Part shown: positions 19,087 to 27,861 of the stretch, one piece after another
Layout: every line of letters begins with the position of its first letter
Position numbering within the stretch: the first letter of the stretch is position 1
IMG/VR virus record: IMGVR_UViG_3300028048_000042
Reading direction: 5' to 3' (one strand)
DNA length: 64,000 bases
Source: a virus
Taxonomy: Duplodnaviria > Caudoviricetes
Program-made: the position numbers and the translations under genes
Notes under the pieces: generated by a model
Databases searched by the model: none
Told to the model about the DNA's origin: nothing
Seen by the model: only the letters and a program-made list of their open reading frames with translations

Positions 19087-20124
19087 ATGAATGTTTTTAT
19101 GCTTAATTATAAAAGCAAAGAAAGGTCAATAGCAATACATCATAATTATACTTTTCAATTAAAGGATATGAATGATGTTGAAGATATGAAGAAAAAAGCA
19201 AGTGAATATAAAGAATATTTGTTTTATTGCATTAAAAATAAAGATAAATGGTGGTATAGATTCTTCAAAAAGAAACGACCTGAATGGTTGGTAATCAAGA
19301 AAAAATATTGGAATACAGACATAAAATATTTTATTAAAGAAGTAATTTCGGCGTTGAGGATTTATGAAAAGAAAATTCCGTATATCAATTTGATGGCTAC
19401 TCAATATTGCAACTTGAATTGTAAAGGGTGTGGAGCGTTGATGCCTTTATACAATAAAAGTAAAGAACGTAAATTTTGGGAAGTAGAACAATTAGATAAA
19501 GTTCTAAAACGTTATAGTGAGATTTTTAATGGTGAGGATGAATATTTAAATACAATTGATATTGTAGGTGGAGAACCATTATTACATCCAAACATTTGTG
19601 AGTTTTGTTCGACTGTAAGAAAATATAATCCTAAATCTAAAATTGTTATTATAACAAACGGTTTGTTGCTAGATAAAATGCCAAAAGAATTTTATGAAAT
19701 GGTTTTAGAAAATGATATTAATATAGCATTATCTGTATATGGTGATGATATTTATTTTGAAAAATACAATATAGGGTATAATAAGGAAAACTGTGACGAA
19801 GTTCGTTGCGATAAATGTAGTGGACACTTGCCAATTGTTGATTATAAGAAGAGAACTGTTTCTTTTGGTGGTGTGCAATTATTACCTGATGGGAAATTAT
19901 GTTATTGTGCTTGCGCAGGTGTAGATAAGCTTAATGAATGTTTTGGTACTGATTTCAAAACTGTTGAAAATTCCGATTGGATTGATATTTTTACTCATAC
20001 AAAAGAAGATATATTGGAAATGTTTCAAAAACCGTATTGTGAATTTTCAAAATATTGTAATAAACGTGATTTGTTCCCTTGGGATATTTCTAAATGTAAA
20101 AGTGACGAATGGTTATTTTTGTAA
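19087..20124 (+). CDS. Radical SAM protein, paralog D, with N-terminal extension
   Basis: CNLNCKGC, VGGEPLLHP, ITNG, LCYC, YCEFSKYC. Confidence 0.88.
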   Translation: MNVFMLNYKSKERSIAIHHNYTFQLKDMNDVEDMKKKASEYKEYLFYCIKNKDKWWYRFFKKKRPEWLVIKKKYWNTDIKYFIKEVISALRIYEKKIPYINLMATQYCNLNCKGCGALMPLYNKSKERKFWEVEQLDKVLKRYSEIFNGEDEYLNTIDIVGGEPLLHPNICEFCSTVRKYNPKSKIVIITNGLLLDKMPKEFYEMVLENDINIALSVYGDDIYFEKYNIGYNKENCDEVRCDKCSGHLPIVDYKKRTVSFGGVQLLPDGKLCYCACAGVDKLNECFGTDFKTVENSDWIDIFTHTKEDILEMFQKPYCEFSKYCNKRDLFPWDISKCKSDEWLFL

Positions 20125-20172
20125 TATAATATTGATGTAAAAATTTTCAAGTTAAAAGAAAGAAGGATTAAC

Positions 20173-20400
20173 ATGGAAGAATTGAAAACTGACGAGCAGA
20201 ACATTGACCCAACTGTAAATGATGGTGTCATGACTAATCAGCAGTGGGAGACTTTTGCAAAGGGCGACCTTATTAATTTCCTTATTGGTCATAAGCTTCA
20301 GAAGGTAACTGTTGATGATGGTTGTGGCAAGAAAGCAACTGTAAAGATTAAGTCTAATGGTGAATATTCTGTTTCTTACACATCTAGCGAAGTAATGTAA
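20173..20400 (+). CDS. Small hypothetical phage protein
   Basis: AAGGA RBS, 75 aa, structural-gene-like codons. Confidence 0.7.
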   Translation: MEELKTDEQNIDPTVNDGVMTNQQWETFAKGDLINFLIGHKLQKVTVDDGCGKKATVKIKSNGEYSVSYTSSEVM

Positions 20401-20412
20401 GAAGGTTCTGCT

Positions 20413-20715
20413 ATGAACGATGACATTCGTTCTTCCTTCCAAGCTGTTTTGGAAGGAGAAATTAAAATTATGAGTTCTCTTGATGCGTTGACGATGAAAT
20501 TTGAACGGATTCAAAATCAATTGGCTAGGATTGAGCAACGGATGGCAAAAATCGAGCAAAAAACCGCTGATACAATGATTATTAGTAATAACGCTTTGAA
20601 TGAAACGGAAGAAATTAGAAGTGAATTGAATAGCGTTTCTGATAAAATTGATACAGTTGGTGCAAGCGTTGATAATATAAAAATTTATCGTAATGTGTCA
20701 AATTTTGAAGTGTGA
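20413..20715 (+). CDS. Coiled-coil hypothetical protein
   Basis: Heptad pattern FERIQNQLARIEQRMAKIEQ. Confidence 0.65.
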   Translation: MNDDIRSSFQAVLEGEIKIMSSLDALTMKFERIQNQLARIEQRMAKIEQKTADTMIISNNALNETEEIRSELNSVSDKIDTVGASVDNIKIYRNVSNFEV

Positions 20716-20718
20716 TGG

Positions 20719-20740
20719 TAGAGGGCTAATTAGCCCTCTA
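20719..20740. repeat. 22-bp perfect palindrome (possible terminator or operator)
   Basis: TAGAGGGCTAATTAGCCCTCTA. Confidence 0.7.
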
Positions 20741-20763
20741 TTGTTGTGTTTAGGAGAAAAATT

Positions 20764-21225
20764 ATGGAAAAAGAAATTAATATTGGATTTGTTGGATATT
20801 CTGATGTACCTAACAGTGCAGTAGAAAAAGAAATGCGTGATGAAATTTCAAGAATTTTCTCAATTATTGAAAGAAAATATTGCAATGAACAACATCAAGA
20901 CGTTGAAATTAATATTATTACAGGTGCAACAAATTGTGGAATTTCAAAATATGTTTATGAAACCGCAACAAAATTTAACAATGAATATGGGCAATGGTTT
21001 ACTCTTGTTGGAGTTATGGCAAAAGAAGGGTATAAATATGAACTTTATCCTTGCGATGTAATTTATGCATTGGGTGAAAAATTCGGTGATGAAAGTGAAT
21101 TTTTCATTAAAATTGTTGATGAATTATATAAGATTGGTGGAGGGAATCAGTCTCAAAGAGAATTTGCAATGGCACAAGAAAAAGGTATTCCTTGCTATGA
21201 ATATTCTGTAAAAAGCGTCAAATAA
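20764..21225 (+). CDS. SLOG (SMF/DprA/LOG) superfamily nucleotide-binding protein
   Basis: IGFVGYS, IITGATNCGI, GEKFGDES, KIGGGNQSQRE; AGGAG RBS before ATG 20764. Confidence 0.6.
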   Translation: MEKEINIGFVGYSDVPNSAVEKEMRDEISRIFSIIERKYCNEQHQDVEINIITGATNCGISKYVYETATKFNNEYGQWFTLVGVMAKEGYKYELYPCDVIYALGEKFGDESEFFIKIVDELYKIGGGNQSQREFAMAQEKGIPCYEYSVKSVK

Positions 21226-21450
21226 TTTTCAAAAAATGGTTATAAAAAAATGTTTGGTGTATATTTTTTTAACAGAAGAAAGAAAATTACAATTGTTTTG
21301 ATAGGCAAATATTAAGAAAGGATTGGAGTCACCAAATGTTGATTTTTGGCTTGTCGCCGTATAAATTAAGCTAAAATTGACGAATAGAATTTGTTTTTCG
21401 TGATATATTTTTTTTAGATTCACAAAACAATGGTTTGGTGACTGATAAAT

Positions 21451-21945
21451 ATGGTTAAAGTTACATTAAAAGGGAACTATAATGTTCCAATTGATGATTT
21501 GGGATTGCAGTTTGGCCCTGAAAAAAATGAGGTAGTCATTTCAAAAGCAGATTATGAATCATCTGCCGATTTCAAATATTTTGCTAAGTTCTTTGATGTT
21601 AAATCTGCAAGCAAAAAAACGGTGGTAGATTCTGAGAAGAAGGAAACACAAAAACCTGATGTTAAGGAAGTTCCACCTGCTAAGAAAATTGATGAACCTG
21701 AAATTGTAGATGCGACAGATGCTTCGCTTTCTGAAGGTGCAAAAGCAACTAAAGAACGAGTTGAAGCAAAACAGGATAAAGATGTTGTCGATGCTACAGG
21801 TGCTTCACAAAACACCAAATCAGAAAAAGAAACAAAAGTTGTTGAAAAGAAATCTGAGCCTGTTGAAGATAAAACAACAGCAAAGAAATCTGAAACAAAA
21901 ACAACTGAGAAGAAAAAAGCAGGTAGACCTAAAAAGGTTAAATAA
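21451..21945 (+). CDS. Hypothetical head-region protein with low-complexity K/E/T tail and AT-hook-like end
   Basis: Ends KKKAGRPKKVK; internal VDAT repeat. Confidence 0.65.
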   Translation: MVKVTLKGNYNVPIDDLGLQFGPEKNEVVISKADYESSADFKYFAKFFDVKSASKKTVVDSEKKETQKPDVKEVPPAKKIDEPEIVDATDASLSEGAKATKERVEAKQDKDVVDATGASQNTKSEKETKVVEKKSEPVEDKTTAKKSETKTTEKKKAGRPKKVK

Positions 21946-21974
21946 TAAAGAATAAGGATAGGTGTAAATATAAA

Positions 21975-22721
21975 ATGAATAAAATGAGTTGGTTAAAAGA
22001 ATTCGCTGAAAGCCGTAAAGCAAGCAAGCAGGCTCAGAAAAAGGCTGTAGCTTCTAAGAAAGCCATTGAGCTTAATGAGGAAGAATTTGAAGATGGCATG
22101 ATGATGATTGTCAATAACGCTAAGTTGTCTACTGCCGCTGTTGGTAGTAAGATTCGTTATAAAGGTAATATTTGGTCTTTGGTTAAGGTTGATTATTCTG
22201 ATGCAAAAGGTCACGGCTTTGTATTGAAACGTGTTGCTGCTATTGATACTAAACCTGTAACTGCTCCTGCTGAACGTGCTTGCACAGACCCAGGTAATGT
22301 TTATGATTATGATGTTCGCGCAACCGAGCAGGCTAAGTTTGAGGGTGAAGCTAACGAAACTGCACAGGAAATTGCTCGTGAGGATGCTGTTGACCATTCC
22401 ACAACTCCTGCAGCTCGTACAGTTGAGTCTCCAATGGCAGGTGCTTCTGAGACTGTTGAGGCTGTTGAAACTACTGAACCTGCTGAACCTGTTGTTGAGG
22501 ATGAAGTTGCTCCTGTTGAGGATGAAGCTCCTGCTGAAGAAGAGGTTGCAACAGAGGATGATGAATTTAATTTTGATGATGTAGATGCTGAACCTGTTGA
22601 GACAGAGGAAGAAGAAGCTCCTGCTGAAGATGAAAAAGACGATGATGAAAAAGAGGAAGATAAGAAAGCAACTGCTTCCATTCATAAAAATCGCATCATT
22701 GCCGCTATGTTAAAGAAGTAA
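21975..22721 (+). CDS. Acidic low-complexity protein (scaffold/internal head protein-like)
   Basis: Very E/D/A/P-rich C-terminal half; highly expressed-type codons. Confidence 0.55.
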   Translation: MNKMSWLKEFAESRKASKQAQKKAVASKKAIELNEEEFEDGMMMIVNNAKLSTAAVGSKIRYKGNIWSLVKVDYSDAKGHGFVLKRVAAIDTKPVTAPAERACTDPGNVYDYDVRATEQAKFEGEANETAQEIAREDAVDHSTTPAARTVESPMAGASETVEAVETTEPAEPVVEDEVAPVEDEAPAEEEVATEDDEFNFDDVDAEPVETEEEEAPAEDEKDDDEKEEDKKATASIHKNRIIAAMLKK

Positions 22722-22747
22722 TTTTTTTTGAAGGAGTTTTGTGAATT

Positions 22748-23227
22748 ATGGATGCAAAAATGAAGAAAGTTATCGCTAGTGAAACTAATGTTTATAGCAA
22801 ACGTTTCGCTGCTAAGTTAGATGCTCGTATGGAGCGTATTCTTGAAGATGCTGAGAATCTTGTAAAATCTTATTTCCCTGCAAAACAGGTATCTGCTTCT
22901 CTTACTAAGTTGCAGGCTGCACTTGTAGCAGAAGGTATCAATTGTGTTTTTGATAAGACTGTTACAAAAGAAGCTATTGCAAGCACTGCTGATAGCGATA
23001 TTAGCGAGAAAGAATGCAATGAAGCCGTTCGTTATATTGCGAATGCTGTAGTTGATGAAACAGAAGATACTCTTGAAGCATGTGATAAAGCTATTAAGGC
23101 TCTTGCTAAAAAGCATTATCCAAAGAATCGTATCTCCACTGCTAAGAAAATGCGTAAATCTGTTGCTGAGATTATGAATAAGCAGGGATTGCATTTTGAT
23201 TTTGACGGTTCTGAAAAAAAAAATTAA
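22748..23227 (+). CDS. Ala/Lys-rich helical head-associated protein ending in an A10 slippery run
   Basis: AAGGAG RBS; ends GAA AAA AAA AAT TAA. Confidence 0.7.
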   Translation: MDAKMKKVIASETNVYSKRFAAKLDARMERILEDAENLVKSYFPAKQVSASLTKLQAALVAEGINCVFDKTVTKEAIASTADSDISEKECNEAVRYIANAVVDETEDTLEACDKAIKALAKKHYPKNRISTAKKMRKSVAEIMNKQGLHFDFDGSEKKN

Positions 23228-23418
23228 GTTACGAAGAAGCTAAAGAGTTTGCGTTACAGCACTATAATGAAGGTGGGGACGTTTTCTATGAATGTGTTGA
23301 AAAAAAGGAATACGTTCCACAAACAAAAGAAGAACTTCTTGAAGATTTTAAATTTCAGAAAGACTTGGATGGCGAGGAATCTGCTGCTTACGAGTGGATG
23401 ACAGGTTATTCTAAATAA
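23221..23418 (+). CDS. -1 frame extension (65 aa) of ORF 22748, reached by frameshift or slippage
   Basis: The -1 frame opens after TGA at 23212-14, reads KLSYEEAKEFALQHYNEGGDVFYECVEKKEY...EWMTGYSK*, has no start codon or RBS of its own, and stops just before the terminator. Confidence 0.6.
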   Translation, partial: KLSYEEAKEFALQHYNEGGDVFYECVEKKEYVPQTKEELLEDFKFQKDLDGEESAAYEWMTGYSK

Positions 23419-23420
23419 TA

Positions 23421-23457
23421 AAAAACCTCTAACTTTATTACGGTTAGAGGTTTTTTT
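23421..23457 (+). terminator. Rho-independent terminator
   Basis: AAAAACCTCTAAC-9nt-GTTAGAGGTTTTTTT. Confidence 0.85.
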
Positions 23458-23499
23458 ATATCATAAAATAAAAGTAAAATCATATTTTTTAATTGTAAG

Positions 23500-24621
23500 G
23501 TGGTGACTGAATTGAACCTGTATCAAGGTGATAAAAAGATTTTGTATTGTGATTTTAAGGTCGATGGAAAAATTGTTCAAGTTGAAAACCCACAGGTTAG
23601 AATTCTACATGAATTTGAGGATAACGTTTATGAAGATTTGCCTTGGCAAACAATGACACCTATGGATGAAGGTTATGTTTATAATTTTGATACAAATGTA
23701 TGCCAAACAGATGGTAAATATGTTATTGTTTATAAAGCACAATATCAAGGTGAAACTTTAAATCAGCTAGAAGAATTCAATATCATTCCGAATAATCTTG
23801 AAGGGAACAATACAATTTATATTTATGGGTTTGTTAATGATATAAATAACAATCATTTGATTAAAAATGTAAAAATTAAAGTTGTAGATTGTGAAAACGG
23901 TTCAACAATTTATCAAACCACTACTGACGAAGACGGTAAATGGGAAGTATATATTCCTCCTAGTGACTATGAGTTTAAATTTGAATTAGATGGTTACAAT
24001 GAGCGTTCTGTACGTGTTCAAATTGGTGATGAAAACAAAGAAATACAGTTCAACAATATAAGCTTAGAAAAACAATCTGATTGTGCTCTTGGTAACGGAC
24101 TGTATAAGATAGAAGAAGAGTTTACAACTAAGAATGATATGGGTATTCCAAATGTTGAAATTGAAATATTTTCTAGTGAAAATGTAAATGAATGCTTAGT
24201 TTCAACTAGGACAGATGATAAAGGAAAGTGGAAAGCTTTCTTGGATGATGGCAGTTATTTGTTGAAAATACAGTTACCTAGTGGTGTAAAAAAGAAGTTT
24301 CAATTGACTGTTTATAATGATGGTTCGAAAGCGATAGATGAAATTGTTTCAAGAGAATCTACAATTATTCATAAACAGGTTGATAATGGACACGGTGATT
24401 GTCCCCTTACAGATTATGTTTTGGATGCTCATGGGAATGGTATAGAAAATGTTTTAGTACGAGCTTTCGCATATAATATAGATACAGATTCTTATGAGTT
24501 GGAATGCCAAACAACAACCACTTCAGAAGGACAATTTGAATTGAATTTAAATCATGGCAAATATAAATTGGTTGTCCAAGGAGAAGGTTTTAAAAGAGTT
24601 GAACAGACTATCAATGTGTAA
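23500..24621 (+). CDS. Virion decoration protein with repeated carboxypeptidase-regulatory-like (Ig/transthyretin-like) domains
   Basis: Three repeats of I.NV.I....TTD..G.W/F...L..G.Y.L. Confidence 0.7.
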   Translation: MVTELNLYQGDKKILYCDFKVDGKIVQVENPQVRILHEFEDNVYEDLPWQTMTPMDEGYVYNFDTNVCQTDGKYVIVYKAQYQGETLNQLEEFNIIPNNLEGNNTIYIYGFVNDINNNHLIKNVKIKVVDCENGSTIYQTTTDEDGKWEVYIPPSDYEFKFELDGYNERSVRVQIGDENKEIQFNNISLEKQSDCALGNGLYKIEEEFTTKNDMGIPNVEIEIFSSENVNECLVSTRTDDKGKWKAFLDDGSYLLKIQLPSGVKKKFQLTVYNDGSKAIDEIVSRESTIIHKQVDNGHGDCPLTDYVLDAHGNGIENVLVRAFAYNIDTDSYELECQTTTTSEGQFELNLNHGKYKLVVQGEGFKRVEQTINV

Positions 24622-24637
24622 AAGGAAGGTATATAAA

Positions 24638-25033
24638 GTGAAGAAAAGATTGATTAAAGCAGATACTACAAGCGATGCAAAAATGAGATGGTTGGCAGAA
24701 GAGTTAAAACAAGAAGACGTTGATAAGGTTTTAGATACAGCAAGAGAAATGGGATGTCAGTGGGCGCATGATATTTATGAGTTCACTGAAGATAATCTCA
24801 ATGAAGTTCTGAAAACTCTGTGCTCGGATTTTAAAGATGCTTTTGCAAAGGGTTGGGCTTCAGAAGTAAATTATAGCGATAAATATTTTGCAGTAGAAAC
24901 AGACGAAAACATTTCAAGCTTTAATGATTTATCTAGTGCGATTGATTATCTTGATACTGCGGCAAAATTACTTGAACAGCCTGAAATGGCAATTAATATT
25001 TCACAACATATTGATGAAGCTGTTAAAGAGTAA
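24638..25033 (+). CDS. Acidic hypothetical protein with MKKRLIKA N-terminus
   Basis: GTG 24638 with AAGGAAGG RBS preferred over track start 24554. Confidence 0.65.
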   Translation: MKKRLIKADTTSDAKMRWLAEELKQEDVDKVLDTAREMGCQWAHDIYEFTEDNLNEVLKTLCSDFKDAFAKGWASEVNYSDKYFAVETDENISSFNDLSSAIDYLDTAAKLLEQPEMAINISQHIDEAVKE

Positions 25034-25044
25034 GGATTGATATA

Positions 25045-25281
25045 ATGAAACGTTTGGTCGCAATCACAAATGGTGATTTAAAATATATGGATTTAGATGT
25101 TGATGTAACTAAAGCTGAAGACATGATGTTGCTAAAAACTCTTGATTCGACAAATGTTAAAACAGGCACTTGCCCACAATGTAATTATTCTCCTTTGGAA
25201 AAAAAAGATGGGTATAAGATTTGTAAAAATTGTGGTGCTGTATATAAGATTTTTGATAATGAAGTTTATTTGGTAAAATAA
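25045..25281 (+). CDS. Zn-ribbon protein with MKRLVA N-terminus
   Basis: CPQC...CKNC. Confidence 0.7.
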   Translation: MKRLVAITNGDLKYMDLDVDVTKAEDMMLLKTLDSTNVKTGTCPQCNYSPLEKKDGYKICKNCGAVYKIFDNEVYLVK

Positions 25282-25297
25282 GAAAGGTGTGCTTCTT

Positions 25298-26110
25298 TTG
25301 AAAAGATTGATTAAACGTGTGGCTGATAGATATAAAACTTATATGGATTGGCTGAATTCTGCTGATGAAAACGAACTTGGCGGTTATTATTCAGACCGTT
25401 ATAAAGATGAATTTGGTTGTCGCCCTAGCGGTAAAGAAGCGAAATTTGATTCTGCGGATGATTTAAAAAATGCTATTTTGAATCTTGACCAAGATTTTAT
25501 CGAAGAGTGTAAAAAAAGAAATGAACTGCTTGAACAATTGAACACCCTTTATACTGCTGTACATGGAGAAAGCTTGCCTTGGGATGAAAAAAAATGTGAT
25601 TATTGTTCTTTTGATGAAATTTATAAAGAAATGGAAAAGCTTGATAAAGAAGTCGCGGAAGATGAAAAAAACAGATATGCAAGCAAAGCTGTTGGCAAAC
25701 GTTTGAAAAAAGTAGCAAAAAGTCTTGAAGAACTTACAGATGAAGAGTATGAAGATTTGAAAAAAAATCCTCCTGTGTCTGCGGAAGAATTTAAATCTGT
25801 AATGCAGAAAAATGTAGAAGAAAATATTAGTCATCTTCAGGAAGAGTTTGAGAAGAAAATTAAAGAAGCAATTGCAAACGTTGTTGATAGTAATTGTGAT
25901 AAAATTTATGATGATGCATATTTTGATGCAATTGAACAGTTTGCTCCAAAAACAGATTTTTCTGAACAGGATTTGAATGAAATTATGCAAGGTACTCAGG
26001 TTTACAAAGATTGGAAAAATTGGACACCTGAGAAAATTATGGCTATGAAATCTACAATTGAAAGTGCAACGAAGGTTGCTTTGGAAGATTATTTTAGCGA
26101 ACAGAAATAA
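25298..26110 (+). CDS. Two-domain acidic protein with MKRLIKRVA N-terminus
   Basis: TTG 25298 with AAAGGTG RBS; internal KRLKKVA linker. Confidence 0.65.
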   Translation: MKRLIKRVADRYKTYMDWLNSADENELGGYYSDRYKDEFGCRPSGKEAKFDSADDLKNAILNLDQDFIEECKKRNELLEQLNTLYTAVHGESLPWDEKKCDYCSFDEIYKEMEKLDKEVAEDEKNRYASKAVGKRLKKVAKSLEELTDEEYEDLKKNPPVSAEEFKSVMQKNVEENISHLQEEFEKKIKEAIANVVDSNCDKIYDDAYFDAIEQFAPKTDFSEQDLNEIMQGTQVYKDWKNWTPEKIMAMKSTIESATKVALEDYFSEQK

Positions 26111-26131
26111 AAATTAGAAAGGTGAGTCAAA

Positions 26132-26635
26132 ATGGCATATCCACGCATGACTTACTACTCTAGGTTACTCAGTAATGAAGATGGTAGACAGTTGCTTAAT
26201 TATGCTAGTACAGTGCATAATAAGCAATTGTATTATGGTAGAGTTAATGGACTAAAGGGTGGCGAATCCGACTATATCGTTGAATTCGACATTTGGAATA
26301 ATGAACCTGCATGGGATGGCGGTACGCCACAAGTTATTGCTCAAAATGCCATGAATTGTAGGTTGAGAATTAATATTCCTCCTGAAAGTCGAGATATTAA
26401 TCCATTTTTCTATGCACGTTGTACAACCTATGATGTAGAAAGTGAATTCGAAGAAGTTAGCATGAAACGTAGAGAGTTTAAGAACATTCAGGGTTCTGCT
26501 AGTGACCGATACGGTACAATTCTCGGAGTGTCTGACCATGCTACAATTGAAACAAAAATTAAGTTACGCCCCAATTCAATGATTAAACACCCTCAATATA
26601 ATTTTACGTTGGATTTTTTGTATAATTATGAATAA
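26132..26635 (+). CDS. Hypothetical virion protein (beta-rich)
   Basis: AAAGGTGA RBS; ends with beta-strand YNFTLDFLYNYE. Confidence 0.6.
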   Translation: MAYPRMTYYSRLLSNEDGRQLLNYASTVHNKQLYYGRVNGLKGGESDYIVEFDIWNNEPAWDGGTPQVIAQNAMNCRLRINIPPESRDINPFFYARCTTYDVESEFEEVSMKRREFKNIQGSASDRYGTILGVSDHATIETKIKLRPNSMIKHPQYNFTLDFLYNYE

Positions 26636-27032
26636 CTTAATTTGGAACATTGAAACAAAGAGTGGTATTTTAATTTCTGAGGGACAGGGCGTTCTGAGAA
26701 ATATAGCTCCTTCAGAAATTAAATGTATTTATTATGAAAATGAAAAATGTTGTTATGGAGTTAAAGATAATTTGCATTTCTTCATCAATAACCAAGAATT
26801 TGATTTTAAGTTGAATCAAAAAATACTTAATTATTTTCAATATAAAACAGCGACACATAATTTGATGTTGGACACTGATGGTATTGAATATAATATTGGT
26901 ATTGAAACAGAAGATGGCAATTACAAATACAAATATACAATGGTTATAAAATCTCCAAAGAATGTTGTATTTACTGCTCAAAAATTTGAGGGTGAAAAAG
27001 AAATAGCGCACAGGAATGTGAGGTTGAGATAA
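26628..27032 (+). CDS. Hypothetical protein
   Basis: Overlaps neighbours at both ends (coupled operon). Confidence 0.6.
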   Translation: MNNLIWNIETKSGILISEGQGVLRNIAPSEIKCIYYENEKCCYGVKDNLHFFINNQEFDFKLNQKILNYFQYKTATHNLMLDTDGIEYNIGIETEDGNYKYKYTMVIKSPKNVVFTAQKFEGEKEIAHRNVRLR

Positions 27033-27805
27033 TGGCACAAAAGATTCTAAAAATACAAGGTTATTTTGATGTTATTGGTCGTGTGTCTACTCATACTCAC
27101 CATTGTTATTTTGGTGTTACAGACGAAGAAAAAAATGAAATTATTTTATATACAAATAATAAAGAATATCGTCATGCAACAGAAATAGATATGGTTCGTT
27201 ATAGACCGAAACCTGTAGTTGGTACTTTAAAAAATAAAGACAAAACGTATATTAATACCAAATTGGAATTTGTTAAAACAAATGAAAAAACATCAACCTT
27301 TGGAGATGTTGTTCAGGAAGTTTGTTATACAGATAAAGGTGGCAAATATACGGCTTATATTGAAAGTGGTACTTACAATATAGATATTTATATTAATAAC
27401 AAACGACAAACTAAGCGTAATGTTGAAATTAATAAAGGTTTAAAATGTCAATATTACAAAAAAGTTCGTGGGTTAATTGCAAAAAAATATAAAGATGTGG
27501 TTGAGTATCATGGTACAGACTACAAGATGGTTTTTGGACAATTGATTGATAACAAATCTACGCCAATTGAACAAGCAGAAATAATTATTCTTGATTCGGA
27601 TGGTGTGTTAGATACTTATATAAAAACTGATGAAGATGGTAAATATAATTTTGCTATCAAAAATGGAGATTATACGGTAAAAATTAGAGCAAAGAATTCT
27701 CCAATGAAAAGCACAAAAATTACAATTGATGATGTTCACGGCTTCGCAGAACAATTAACTTCACAGGAAATTTTGTGGAATAAGCAACAAATGCTAAAAA
27801 TGTAA
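27032..27805 (+). CDS. Virion protein with carboxypeptidase-regulatory-like domains
   Basis: GQLIDNKSTPIEQAEIII...KTDEDGKYNFAIKNGDYTV; YTDKGGKYTAYIESGTYNI. Confidence 0.65.
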   Translation: MAQKILKIQGYFDVIGRVSTHTHHCYFGVTDEEKNEIILYTNNKEYRHATEIDMVRYRPKPVVGTLKNKDKTYINTKLEFVKTNEKTSTFGDVVQEVCYTDKGGKYTAYIESGTYNIDIYINNKRQTKRNVEINKGLKCQYYKKVRGLIAKKYKDVVEYHGTDYKMVFGQLIDNKSTPIEQAEIIILDSDGVLDTYIKTDEDGKYNFAIKNGDYTVKIRAKNSPMKSTKITIDDVHGFAEQLTSQEILWNKQQMLKM

Positions 27806-27809
27806 AAGA

Positions 27810-27836
27810 GTCTGCCTATATTGGCAGACCTTTTTT
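27810..27836 (+). terminator. Rho-independent terminator
   Basis: GTCTGCC-TATATT-GGCAGAC-CTTTTTT. Confidence 0.7.
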
Positions 27837-27861
27837 GTATTATTTTTTTGAGGTGATTTTG

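Noticed and set aside
21993-22685. Long minus-strand ORFs (230 aa at 21993, 175 aa at 25463 and many 60-135 aa ORFs across the window)
   Set aside because: Antisense shadows of well-supported + strand genes; F/S/I-rich composition, no RBS
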